Positions 48,411-58,006 are shown, counted from the whole stretch's first letter. The stretch is DNA of 63,277 bases, filler included, from Bdellovibrionota bacterium (GCA_963169515.1; 6 parts of 6 records of this genome joined end to end with filler, not necessarily neighbours in it), one strand, 5' to 3'. Numbers and translations are program-made. Notes: generated by a model not told the origin, from the letters alone.

Positions 48411-49396
48411 TAGAACCTCATTATCAGAGAGCCGCTGGTTAGTCCTGCACCAAAAGCGACCATCAAAATCAATTGGTTGCGTTGAATGCGCCCATCGCGA
48501 ACGGCCTCATCAAGTGCGATTGGAATTGTTGCAGAGGAAGTATTTCCCGTCCGTTCGAGATTAATAATTACTTTTTCTTTCGGAATTTCAAAATATCGAG
48601 CAACCGAATCGGTGATTCGCATATTGGCCTGATGTGGAATCATCCAATCCAAGGTGCCTTTATCGATCCCAGTATTGTCCAGCGCTTCTTGGGCACATAT
48701 GGTCATTGTACGAACTGCATTTTTAAAAACTTCTTTTCCTTGCATTTTTACCAGGTGCAAGCGCTGGTCAATCGCTTCATAGGTCAATGGAATTGCCGTG
48801 CCGCTGGCGGGAAGTTCTAACAAATTTCCAAGCGAGCCATCCGCGTGCAAATGACTGGTCAGGATCTCTGATTTCTCCCCTTCGGGGGTTCTCCCCAGAA
48901 TGGCAGCTCCAGCGCCATCCCCGAACAGGATGCATGTGTTGCGATCGGTGTAATCTACGATACGTGTAAGTACTTCGGCCCCGATAACCAATATATTTTT
49001 GTACATCCCCGTTTGAATGAATTGATGAGCAATCGTGAGTCCGTAAATAAAACCCGAACATGCCGCGGTTACATCGAGTGCGAAAATGTCTCGGCATCCC
49101 AGTTTATTTTGTACAACACATGCTGTGGAAGGCATGGTTTGATCTCCAGACACGGTAGCAATCAATATCATGTCCAGATCTTTTGGCTCTAGTCGTGCCA
49201 TATCAAGCGCACGGCGAGCGGCCTGTACACATAAATCTGAATTATTTTGTCCAACTGGCGTGATGTGGCGTTCGCGGATACCAGTGCGCTCTGTGATCCA
49301 CGCGCTTGTTGTTTCCACAAGTTTTTCTAAATCTTGGTTTGTGAGAAGTTTCTCAGGAAGATAAGATCCTGTCCCTAGAATCTTGGCTTTATACAC
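48410..49396 (-). CDS. fabH: 3-oxoacyl-ACP synthase III
   Basis: AACSGF, FGDGAGA, PHQAN and GNTSSA. Confidence 0.97.
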   Translation of the reverse strand: MYKAKILGTGSYLPEKLLTNQDLEKLVETTSAWITERTGIRERHITPVGQNNSDLCVQAARRALDMARLEPKDLDMILIATVSGDQTMPSTACVVQNKLGCRDIFALDVTAACSGFIYGLTIAHQFIQTGMYKNILVIGAEVLTRIVDYTDRNTCILFGDGAGAAILGRTPEGEKSEILTSHLHADGSLGNLLELPASGTAIPLTYEAIDQRLHLVKMQGKEVFKNAVRTMTICAQEALDNTGIDKGTLDWMIPHQANMRITDSVARYFEIPKEKVIINLERTGNTSSATIPIALDEAVRDGRIQRNQLILMVAFGAGLTSGSLIMRF

Positions 49397-49397
49397 G

Positions 49398-49577
49398 TTA
49401 AACCTTAGGTGCTACAACTTCACGGTCTTTGTAGTATCCGCAACTTGTGCAAACATTGTGTGGTTTTACCCAAGCCCCACAATTTTGACATTTTCCTACA
49501 CCAGGTTGTGCTAATCCATCATGTGAACGACGGTTTCCACGGGCACGACGGGTTAATTTACTTTTTGGCTCTGCCAT
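49398..49577 (-). CDS. rpmF: 50S ribosomal protein L32, Zn-ribbon type (missing from the ORF track)
   Basis: 59 aa: MAEPKSKLTRRARGNRRSHDGLAQPGVGKCQNCGAWVKPHNVCTSCGYYKDREVVAPKV. SD GAGG, between yceD and fabH. Confidence 0.95.
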   Translation of the reverse strand: MAEPKSKLTRRARGNRRSHDGLAQPGVGKCQNCGAWVKPHNVCTSCGYYKDREVVAPKV

Positions 49578-49691
49578 ACGAAATACCTCTAGAAAAAATA
49601 ATTGAGAACAAATATAAGTCTACTTTTCTGCTCTAAAAGTCAATGGAATCTCCGAGCCCGTGCGATGGGGGTTAAGTATTTGTTATAATTG

Positions 49692-50228
49692 CTATTTTTT
49701 CTTTACGCTTAAATTTTTCAGAGTAGAAAAAGGATTCACTTTAATCCCAGGATTGGTGTCTGAGTATTTCGTATAATCCCAATCAGCAATACATTTGGGG
49801 GAACCCTCAGGCCCGCCCCGTTCTAAACACTTTGGTTGAATCGGGGAATTGGACTGAACAATTTCCCGTAAGAGTGGGGTGAGATTATATTCAGGATTGT
49901 TTACATAAGACAATTCGAGATCGTCGGACATTTGGTCTTGCCCGTGCTTTGAATGAAATTTTCCATTTTTTCCTATCATTATAAGTTCGTGGAACTTTTC
50001 CGTGACAGGGATTGAAATCTCGTTTGTGCAGAAAGAGCAATCCATGGGGACTTTTGTTCGGATTTCACCGTGCAAATCGGCTCCACCTTCGACTGGGAAA
50101 AGTGTTATGGTCAATTCGATAGCATTTTTGCGAACGATATCGCCCAATGCTTCACGCAAATCAGTGTCGGCTTCTGTAAATTTTAGTGTCTTTCCTGAGA
50201 AGGGAATATCTCGAATTCCAATGATCAT
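49692..50228 (-). CDS. yceD: YceD/DUF177 family protein
   Basis: CSFC, P.QPKC and C-terminal NPFSTLKNL. Upstream of rpmF. Confidence 0.85.
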   Translation of the reverse strand: MIIGIRDIPFSGKTLKFTEADTDLREALGDIVRKNAIELTITLFPVEGGADLHGEIRTKVPMDCSFCTNEISIPVTEKFHELIMIGKNGKFHSKHGQDQMSDDLELSYVNNPEYNLTPLLREIVQSNSPIQPKCLERGGPEGSPKCIADWDYTKYSDTNPGIKVNPFSTLKNLSVKKK

Positions 50229-50323
50229 AGACTAGGTCCTGTTCGTTTGGACCAAACTAACAACCCCCATAATATTGTCAAGAATTTTGCCCAAAATGAC
50301 GTTAAAGAAAGGGGACACTTAAG

Positions 50324-51199
50324 ATGAACAACTATAGAATAACACTTCTAATTTTACTCCTGCTTCCGCTGAATGCCCTTGCCGTACAGGAAGTTGTTTT
50401 TCGAAAAACAACAATGGTCTACGAGAATCAAAGTAAAGACGCCGCTGTTCTTACGGTTTACGAAAAAGGTGAGCGGGCACCCTTGTCGTCGAAGACCTAT
50501 GGTACATGGAGAAAAATCGTAGTTGATATTGATGGTACCCAAAAAGTAGGATGGGTATTGGCAGAAGATATCAAAGGTGCTCGCATTATCGAGCGTTCAG
50601 AGCCTTTTGATTATGAAGTCTACCACTTAAATAAAGGGTCAATTGGGATTCTTGGCGCGTTCAATTTTGTAAGCCATGGGGGACAAACAATCGACTCCGA
50701 AGGCTCGTATCCTCCAAATGTTGAAGTCTCAAGCCTAAGCGGTGGTGCTCTGTACTTTGGGGTTTACTCAGATCTTCATTGGAAACAGGACTTTTCTATT
50801 CATCTGGAGTTATTGTTTCGTAAGGCTAGCCGTAGCGGCCCAGGAACATTTATAGCCGGAAGTGATGCCGAGGTAGAATTAGATCAATCTTTTATGTCCC
50901 TGGGCGCAATGGGGAAATGGTATTTGGCGCCAGAATCAAACTTTTGGTATGGAGCGGGTTTGGAAATTGCAAAGTTATCTACAAGTAAAATGATCTGGAG
51001 TGTGAATGGGGGCGACGAGTTCGTTGCCAATGAAAAAATTGAGTCGCCGGTGCTATTTATGCTGACCGGCGGGCTCGGTCTTGACATTCATGTTGTGCGC
51101 AGATTTTTTGTTCTTCCTGAAGTTCGGGGGGGATTGATGGTGAGTGATCCGCTTGTTTTTGTGTTCGAGCTTCGCCTTCCTGTGGTCTATACTTGGTAA
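50324..51199 (+). CDS. Secreted protein: SH3-like N-terminal domain plus outer-membrane beta-barrel
   Basis: Signal peptide, WRKI...KVGWV (SH3b-like), amphipathic strands and terminal YTW. Confidence 0.6.
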   Translation: MNNYRITLLILLLLPLNALAVQEVVFRKTTMVYENQSKDAAVLTVYEKGERAPLSSKTYGTWRKIVVDIDGTQKVGWVLAEDIKGARIIERSEPFDYEVYHLNKGSIGILGAFNFVSHGGQTIDSEGSYPPNVEVSSLSGGALYFGVYSDLHWKQDFSIHLELLFRKASRSGPGTFIAGSDAEVELDQSFMSLGAMGKWYLAPESNFWYGAGLEIAKLSTSKMIWSVNGGDEFVANEKIESPVLFMLTGGLGLDIHVVRRFFVLPEVRGGLMVSDPLVFVFELRLPVVYTW

Positions 51200-51217
51200 A
51201 ACCAATGGAATGGGCTT

Positions 51218-51497
51218 TCAACAATCATGTAGGCCAGTTTTTATTTTACCCTGAACCCATTCGCTAACCGTGTTCGAGGCCCCTGTCCGTTTTAACATTT
51301 CTTTTTTGAGTTCAGCTTGGAATTGAGTGTAATCAAAGTTTTCGGCCTCTGATACCATTCTTTTCAACTGCTCTGCCGTCTGAAATTCTTCGACGTAATT
51401 AGGCTGGCCGGGTTCAAAAGCGAGAGTTTTAAACTCCATTGCTTCACGGTTATTGAGATGAAAAGGGCCAACAAACGACATGCATCCACTGGCAAGG
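51218..51497 (-). CDS. waaA: 3' fragment of probable Kdo transferase
   Basis: The frame is open from the contig edge. LASGCMSFVGPFHLNNREA...GAS resembles the WaaA C-terminal EP..G.....GP...N motif. Confidence 0.6.
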
Positions 51498-51597
51498 NNN
51501 NNNNNNNNNNNNNNNNNNNNNNNNNNNNNNNNNNNNNNNNNTTAATTAATTAANNNNNNNNNNNNNNNNNNNNNNNNNNNNNNNNNNNNNNNNNNNN
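51498..51597. other. Artificial contig linker
   Basis: 44 N + TTAATTAATTAA + 44 N. Confidence 0.98.
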
Positions 51598-51752
51598 TGA
51601 AACTGCGAATGTATTTGAACAAAATAAGGACAACGCAAAAATTAAAATAATATTTCTTGTTGTCTGGTAACGTTCCACTTTTGCTCCAGTTGTATTTTTT
51701 AATTCAACAGACTTTTCGGTGGGTTATGGACTGGACTAAAGAACTAAAATGA

Positions 51753-51816
51753 TACGCCGTTCCCTTTCAGGAGACGTCGCATTATGACACAATGTCTCCT
51801 GAAAGGGAACGGCGTA
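51753..51816. repeat. Perfect 23-bp inverted repeat with 18-nt spacer (REP-doublet-like)
   Basis: TACGCCGTTCCCTTTCAGGAGAC (51753-51775) and GTCTCCTGAAAGGGAACGGCGTA (51794-51816). The right arm lies within the 3' end of plsC. Confidence 0.9.
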
Positions 51817-52516
51817 CCTTTGCAACCCATTTGCAATAGTTTGCGTAGATTTCTTCAGTTTCGGCGGGAGGTTGCACGGGTCCAACATGGACAGTGAGTG
51901 CACCTGGTTTTCCAAATTTCATTTTTTTGGGCCATAATTCATAAGCGCCATCGATATAAAGAAAAAGCATCGGGGTTTGGGTGTGTTTCGAAAAGAGACT
52001 AATCCCTCGGCGAAACATTTTAACTTTGCCGTCGGTGGAACGTGTCCCTTCTGGGAACATCACAAGCCAAATATTGTCGAGCTGTTCTAACAAAGTCATG
52101 CACGTCCGAACAGCTTCACCCTTGCGATCTGCCCGATCAATTGGAATAGCTCCGATGCAATGTTTCGAAAAAAAACTCATCCAAAAGTTTGGGAAAAAAT
52201 AATCTTTTGCAGCCGCAATGTATAAATCGGGCCAAAACCGTAGTGGTATTGCAGCAGCAATACTGATCGCATCCAAGTGACTGGTGTGGTTTGACATGAT
52301 TAAAAGTTTTGGATAGTTTTTATGAATTTCGTAAATGTCTGCTCCGACAACCTTAAGTCGAACATAGTATTTTAGAAAAAAATGCCGCAAGAAAAGATAC
52401 CAAATAAAACGAATTGCAAAACTTGCGTAATCAAAGTGTCGCGTAATTAGTGGAAGATGGCGTAAATGCGCTGGCAATTTTGTCCACTGGTCATTTTCGT
52501 ATTGCCATTGTTTCAT
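51782..52516 (-). CDS. Lysophospholipid acyltransferase (PlsC family)
   Basis: NHTSHLD (HX4D), IPIDR and FPEGTRS. Confidence 0.92.
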   Translation of the reverse strand: MKQWQYENDQWTKLPAHLRHLPLITRHFDYASFAIRFIWYLFLRHFFLKYYVRLKVVGADIYEIHKNYPKLLIMSNHTSHLDAISIAAAIPLRFWPDLYIAAAKDYFFPNFWMSFFSKHCIGAIPIDRADRKGEAVRTCMTLLEQLDNIWLVMFPEGTRSTDGKVKMFRRGISLFSKHTQTPMLFLYIDGAYELWPKKMKFGKPGALTVHVGPVQPPAETEEIYANYCKWVAKVRRSLSGDIVS

Positions 52517-53433
52517 AAGTTTATAGTCTTAAGGTAAAGAAGTGCGTAGTATGTTGCTGGAGCAACAAAAATCAATCGATCGATTCGATCTAAAAATCCA
52601 CCGCGTCCTAAAATAAAAATCCCAACATCCTTAACGCCCAGGTCACGACGGATAACTGATAAAATTAGGTCACCGATAGTTCCAACAAAAACTGCAATCA
52701 CGCCTAATACCGCCCAATAAATTGGTTGGGGTGAAATCAACAGATGTCGCAAGCCCCATGCAACGAGCAGGGTTAGTGCCCCCGAAATAACAAAACCCTC
52801 AACCGTTCTACGAGGGGTAATTTGGTCAACGAGTTTGATTTTTCCGAAAAGCCTGCTTACGGCAAGAGAGACATTGTCGCAAAATTCAGAAAGTAAAATC
52901 ATATAGATTAAGGAATAAGTTCCCTCGGGCCATCCCAGAATCCACGACATGTGCAGAAGTCCCCATCCCATGAATAGGCAGCAGATTATGCTCAAGGAGA
53001 TATACTGAAGCATATTTTTATACGAGTTCAAAAAAATAGGAACAAGGCAAAAGACTGCGAGAAACATCATTGGTATGGTATTGAAGAGAGTATAATTTCC
53101 GATGTGAATAGCATAGCCCATTAGAACCACGCAGGCGTAACCAAGCCATACAAATATGCTTCTGTGGTACATACCCGTCATTTGGAAAAATTCCTTTGCA
53201 CAAAAAATTGCAATAGCCGTTACAAGATAATTAGGCCAGTTGCCGCCAGCACCAAGTATGACAAAGAGAATCGGCGCAAAAAAGAGCCAGCTCTGCAAGC
53301 TGGCCCAAGCTGCGGCCATATGTGTATTTTTTTTTCGAAATGGAAAAATAAGGATTCCCAAAGCGGCGAGAAATAGGATGAGTATTTTCACTGTTTGTTG
53401 AAATTCAGGCTGGTGCCACAAGCTTTCCGTCAT
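52513..53433 (-). CDS. Phosphatidate cytidylyltransferase family protein
   Basis: Polytopic membrane protein with ITPRRTVEG, GDLILSVIRRDLGVKD and GGFLDRID. Confidence 0.88.
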   Translation of the reverse strand: MTESLWHQPEFQQTVKILILFLAALGILIFPFRKKNTHMAAAWASLQSWLFFAPILFVILGAGGNWPNYLVTAIAIFCAKEFFQMTGMYHRSIFVWLGYACVVLMGYAIHIGNYTLFNTIPMMFLAVFCLVPIFLNSYKNMLQYISLSIICCLFMGWGLLHMSWILGWPEGTYSLIYMILLSEFCDNVSLAVSRLFGKIKLVDQITPRRTVEGFVISGALTLLVAWGLRHLLISPQPIYWAVLGVIAVFVGTIGDLILSVIRRDLGVKDVGIFILGRGGFLDRIDRLIFVAPATYYALLYLKTINL

Positions 53434-53438
53434 TTTTA

Positions 53439-54764
53439 TTAATCCTCGATATTGTAATCTTTAATTTTTTTGTAAAGGCTCGATCGTGAAATACCCAGCA
53501 ATACGGCCGCCCTATCTACGTCTTTTTCTCTGTACATACATTCTTTTATAATACGAGTCTCATAAAGACTCATCAATTTTTCTAGACCTTGGGAAAGGTC
53601 AATTCCATCACCGCCATTTGATATAAAACGAGTTTGAACGATCGCCTGAAAGTCTTCACCGCGAATGATTGGAAGCGGACAAGAGAGGCAGAGCTGCTCT
53701 AATATGCGTTTTAATTCGCGGATATTTCCGGGCCAATGATAGGCTTTCATTGCACTAAGTGCGTCGTCTGATAAAACCTTATTATATTTCAAAAAAATAT
53801 TTTTCAAAAAGAAATTGATGAGATCAGGAATTTCATTGGCGCGTTCTCGCAACGGCGAGAGTAGAATTTTTTTGCCGCTTAGACGGTACAGCAAATCTTC
53901 GCGAAAGGTACCCTTTTCAACCAGTTTTTCCAATTTTTGGTTTGATGCGATTATCACGCGGACGCTTACCTTTGTTGTATCTTTTGCGCCGACTCGACGG
54001 ATTTCACCGGACTCAAGGAATCGCAATAGCTTCACCTGCGAAGACAGGGGAAGCGCTTCGACTTCGTCTAAAAACAAATCGCCACCGTGGGCGGCTTCGG
54101 CCAACCCCATTTTGTTTTGATCTGCTCCGGTAAAGGCGCCTTTTATGTGGCCAAATAATTCGGACTCAAAAAGCGACTCTGAAATTGCAGCTACATTTAC
54201 TGAAATCAGAGGTCGTTCCCCATCCTGCTGGTGTATCAACTGGACGATGACTTCCTTACCAGTGCCGGATTCGCCCTCGATCAATATGGGGCCGGACTCA
54301 TTTTTCAGCATAGCAATTTGCTTTTTTAGTTTATTTGAAACGTCAGACGTTCCAAACCAAAAAAGATTTGTCGGATTTGATCGGGCAGACTGGTGGAGAA
54401 GGTGCAATGCTTCGATTTTTTCTAAAACAAGCTGAATTTCATTCGTGCTCAGAGGTTTTGCTAAGAATCGTGTTGCGCCAGCTGCGAGACATCGCTCCAT
54501 AAGGTTGCGGTTAAAGTCGCCGGAGATAGCTATAATTTCCAAATGCGGATGGGCGCGTGCTAGCCTCTTAATGACTTCTAACCCATCGTCGCCCGACGGA
54601 TCTGTCAGATGTTGGTCTACAAATGCGGCATGAAAAATTCCCAGAGGGAGTTTGTCTGGTGAATTGCAACCGACCATTGACCAGTTATCGGGCAATGCTA
54701 ACCGTAATGAGTCGATTATTAATGGATCGTCATCAACAACCAGCAATTTCCACTTATGGTTCAT
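53439..54764 (-). CDS. Sigma54-dependent response regulator (NtrC family)
   Basis: Receiver domain (VVDDD, FVD, AKP), GESGTGKE, ESELFGH-GAFTGA, WPGNIREL and a Fis-type HTH. Confidence 0.94.
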   Translation of the reverse strand: MNHKWKLLVVDDDPLIIDSLRLALPDNWSMVGCNSPDKLPLGIFHAAFVDQHLTDPSGDDGLEVIKRLARAHPHLEIIAISGDFNRNLMERCLAAGATRFLAKPLSTNEIQLVLEKIEALHLLHQSARSNPTNLFWFGTSDVSNKLKKQIAMLKNESGPILIEGESGTGKEVIVQLIHQQDGERPLISVNVAAISESLFESELFGHIKGAFTGADQNKMGLAEAAHGGDLFLDEVEALPLSSQVKLLRFLESGEIRRVGAKDTTKVSVRVIIASNQKLEKLVEKGTFREDLLYRLSGKKILLSPLRERANEIPDLINFFLKNIFLKYNKVLSDDALSAMKAYHWPGNIRELKRILEQLCLSCPLPIIRGEDFQAIVQTRFISNGGDGIDLSQGLEKLMSLYETRIIKECMYREKDVDRAAVLLGISRSSLYKKIKDYNIED

Positions 54765-54813
54765 AGGAATCTTTCTTTCTAATAAGTAGTTAATATGATA
54801 GTAGTTTTAATAG

Positions 54814-56037
54814 ATGAACACAATCTTGGGTCGAAATAAATTGAAAATCCTACTGTTAGAAAATATTCACCAGGTTGCACAGCAACGATTAGAAGAATGT
54901 GGATATCAGGTTACTATGGAAGATGCCGCTTTGAGCGAAAATAATCTAATTGAGATGATCAAGGATTACCACGTGTTGGGGATTCGCTCTAAAACGCGTC
55001 TTACAGAAAAGTTTTTTGATAAATCATCACATTTGCTTACAGTCGGAGCCTTCTGTATTGGAACGGACCAGGTCGCGCTACAATCGGCAAATCTGCGGGG
55101 AATCCCGGTTTTTAATGCGCCTTATTCAAACACGCGCAGTGTTGCGGAACTTGTCATTGGTTATCTGATTGGACTGGCCCGAGGTCTGGCTGAACGAAGT
55201 CAGGCAGCACATAAAGGAAAATGGATCAAATCGGCAAAGGGCAGTAACGAAGTTCGCGGAAAGGTTTTGGGAATTATCGGCTACGGTCACATTGGTAGCC
55301 AACTAAGCGTTTTAGCCGAAGCGCTCGGACTGCAAGTCGTATTTTACGACATTGTTAAAAAACTTCCGATGGGGAATGCGCGATCAGTGGATAGTTTAGC
55401 CGACGTTCTTAAGATTTCTGATTTTGTGAGTCTTCATGTTCCTGATACACCAGAAACTCGAAATTTAATTGGAAAAAAAGAATTGTCGACAATGCGAAAA
55501 GGCAGTTATTTGATTAATGCAAGTCGTGGCACAGTGGTGAATATTTCTGCATTGGCAGAGAGCCTCAGATCGGAACACTTAAGTGGTGCGGCGGTGGACG
55601 TTTTTCCGCAAGAGCCAGAAAGCAACAAAGACATATTTGAAACTGAATTACAAGGCTTGGCGAATGTAATACTAACTCCGCACATTGGCGGCAGCACCCA
55701 AGAAGCGCAAGAAAACATTGGCCGGGAAGTTGCGGATAGTTTTATTCGATTCATTCAGTACGGCAGCACAACGGGCGCTGTAAATTTTCCGACAGTCGAT
55801 TTAGTTGCACATAAAAATTCTGTGAGATTGATCAATGTTCACAAAAATGTTCCGGGTGTTTTGAAAAATATAAACGAAATTGTTGCCAATGTTGGTGCAA
55901 ACATTAGTGCCCAATATCTTGCGACAGATTCGAACATTGGCTATCTGGTGATGGACATGGAGTATGCGGAAGCAGACGAGGCTTATAAGCAAATTATCAA
56001 ACTTGAAACGAATATTCGGACTCGAATCCTGCGTTAA
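54814..56037 (+). CDS. serA: D-3-phosphoglycerate dehydrogenase
   Basis: GIRSKT, FCIGTDQV, NAPYSNTRSVAE, GYGHIG, TPHIGGST and an ACT domain (HKNVPGVL). Confidence 0.96.
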   Translation: MNTILGRNKLKILLLENIHQVAQQRLEECGYQVTMEDAALSENNLIEMIKDYHVLGIRSKTRLTEKFFDKSSHLLTVGAFCIGTDQVALQSANLRGIPVFNAPYSNTRSVAELVIGYLIGLARGLAERSQAAHKGKWIKSAKGSNEVRGKVLGIIGYGHIGSQLSVLAEALGLQVVFYDIVKKLPMGNARSVDSLADVLKISDFVSLHVPDTPETRNLIGKKELSTMRKGSYLINASRGTVVNISALAESLRSEHLSGAAVDVFPQEPESNKDIFETELQGLANVILTPHIGGSTQEAQENIGREVADSFIRFIQYGSTTGAVNFPTVDLVAHKNSVRLINVHKNVPGVLKNINEIVANVGANISAQYLATDSNIGYLVMDMEYAEADEAYKQIIKLETNIRTRILR

Positions 56038-56128
56038 ACAGACTCGAAATGCGAATGAAATATGCAACCACTGCGGTGGTGTGATGAAAATACTTGAGAA
56101 AATTAAGGTGTGTGCTAAGTTTTTTTAG

Positions 56129-56446
56129 ATGAGGGTAAGTCATTTAAATCCAGAGTTAATATATCCAGAAATTTCTTCATACAAAATTGTCGATGTACGG
56201 CGGCCCGAAGAGTTCACTGGGGAGCTCGGGCACATCGAAAATTCAGAATTAATTACAATGGATCAAGCGTTGGCTGGAAAATTGGAAAAGTTTGATAAGC
56301 AGCAAAAAATCTTATTTGTTTGCCGCAGTGGGGCTCGGTCTGGGCGAGTTACTGAATACGCAATGACCCTTGGTTTTCAAGACGTGCACAATATGGCCGG
56401 CGGAATGGTTCGCTGGAATGAGTTAAAATATCCAACCAGAAAGTAA
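56129..56446 (+). CDS. Rhodanese-domain sulfurtransferase
   Basis: VDVRRPEEF, GHI, CRSGARS and GGMVRW. Confidence 0.92.
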   Translation: MRVSHLNPELIYPEISSYKIVDVRRPEEFTGELGHIENSELITMDQALAGKLEKFDKQQKILFVCRSGARSGRVTEYAMTLGFQDVHNMAGGMVRWNELKYPTRK

Positions 56447-56498
56447 GCCCGCCAGAAAGACGAATTACGCGTCGCACATCAAAAAGGTACGGCCTACC

Positions 56499-57875
56499 CT
56501 AAAAGATTTTTCCGGGGTTGAGGATTAGGTCGGGGTCGAATAGTTTTTTAATTCCCCTCATCAATTCAATTTCTTGGGGGCTCCGACTAAAACTCAAGAA
56601 TGGTTTTTTAGTTAAGCCCACACCATGTTCAGCAGAAACGCTACCTTGAAATTTTTGAATTGTTGAATATAGAAGATGATCCACGCGCTGGCATATTTTT
56701 ATAAATTCTTCCATACTTAGCTCTCTGGGTTTCAAAATGTTAATGTGCAGATTTCCGTCTCCAATGTGACCAAACCATGCGACTACAAAATCAGGATATT
56801 CTTTTTTTAATACGTTGTTGGTTTCCCTCATAAACTCAGTCACTTTTGAAATGCGAACAGAGACATCATTTTTATAGGGGTGATATTTCGATAGTGATTC
56901 TGAGATGTGATCTCTGTATTTCCAAAAATTTTTTACCTGTACTTCGCTTTGTGAAATGACTCCATCTTGAACAAAACTTTTTTCTAGACAAATTTCAAAG
57001 AGCGACAAGATATCATTCACGGAGCTCTCGTTTGGATTTTCACATTCGATCAAAATATAATATGGGTATTGTGTGCTCAATGGTTCAGTGAGTTCGGGGT
57101 GGTTTTCTATGACATATTTTAAACAATCATGTGTGAAAATTTCAAATGCAGTGAGTGGGAGCTTGTCCCTGAATGTTGAGTAGACATCTAACACATGGTC
57201 TGAATTGTTCAGGCCCAGGATCAAGACGGTACGTTGCTGTGTGGGGTTTGTCACATTAACAGTAACTTCGGTAACGAAGCCCAAGGTACCTTCGCTACCC
57301 ACAAACAGATGTCTAAAATCATATCCCGCCGCATTTTTCACTAAGCTGTTATTCAGATTTAAAATATCTCCACGGCCTGTCACTACCTGTAGACCACTTA
57401 CCCAGTTCCTCATAAGGCCGTAGCGAATAACATTGAGTCCACCTACGTTGGTTGCAACATTTCCGCCAATCATAGAGGTTCCACGAGCAGCAAAATCGAT
57501 AGGGAATAGAACATTGTGGTTTCTTGCATAATTTTGCAACTCTTGGGTCACAACGCCTGCTTGGCAGGTGATTGTTCGATCAATTTGATTATATTCTAAA
57601 ATTTTATTCATTTTTTCAAAACAAACGACAACTTCTTTGTTTGTTGCGGTTGCGGCACCACTTAAACCCGTGCGACCGCCAGAGGGAACCAAGGCTGTTT
57701 TTGTTTTGCGAGCAGTATGAACAATTTTCTGTACGTCTTCCGTTGAACGTGGAAATAAAATAGCTGTTGGGTTTGGTTTGTAATATTGGGACCAATCTTT
57801 ACCGTATATGTTTAATGAATCGGAGTCGGTTTTAATCTGATCCTTAGAAAGGATTTTTTCAAACTCAGCAAGCAT
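56499..57875 (-). CDS. FAD-linked oxidase, D-2-hydroxyglutarate/D-lactate dehydrogenase type
   Basis: PSGGRTGLSG, GSEGTLG, GHIGDGNLH, AEHGVG and NPGK. Confidence 0.88.
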   Translation of the reverse strand: MLAEFEKILSKDQIKTDSDSLNIYGKDWSQYYKPNPTAILFPRSTEDVQKIVHTARKTKTALVPSGGRTGLSGAATATNKEVVVCFEKMNKILEYNQIDRTITCQAGVVTQELQNYARNHNVLFPIDFAARGTSMIGGNVATNVGGLNVIRYGLMRNWVSGLQVVTGRGDILNLNNSLVKNAAGYDFRHLFVGSEGTLGFVTEVTVNVTNPTQQRTVLILGLNNSDHVLDVYSTFRDKLPLTAFEIFTHDCLKYVIENHPELTEPLSTQYPYYILIECENPNESSVNDILSLFEICLEKSFVQDGVISQSEVQVKNFWKYRDHISESLSKYHPYKNDVSVRISKVTEFMRETNNVLKKEYPDFVVAWFGHIGDGNLHINILKPRELSMEEFIKICQRVDHLLYSTIQKFQGSVSAEHGVGLTKKPFLSFSRSPQEIELMRGIKKLFDPDLILNPGKIF

Positions 57876-57878
57876 ACC

Positions 57879-57906
57879 AAAAGGTACGCCGTTCCCTTTC
57901 AGGAGA
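57879..57906. repeat. Third copy of the 51.8-kb repeat, cut by the contig end
   Basis: 57880-57906 (AAAGGTACGCCGTTCCCTTTCAGGAGA) is the exact reverse complement of 51795-51821. Confidence 0.9.
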
Positions 57907-58006
57907 NNNNNNNNNNNNNNNNNNNNNNNNNNNNNNNNNNNNNNNNNNNNTTAATTAATTAANNNNNNNNNNNNNNNNNNNNNNNNNNNNNNNNNNNNNN
58001 NNNNNN
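57907..58006. other. Artificial contig linker
   Basis: 44 N + TTAATTAATTAA + 44 N. Confidence 0.98.
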
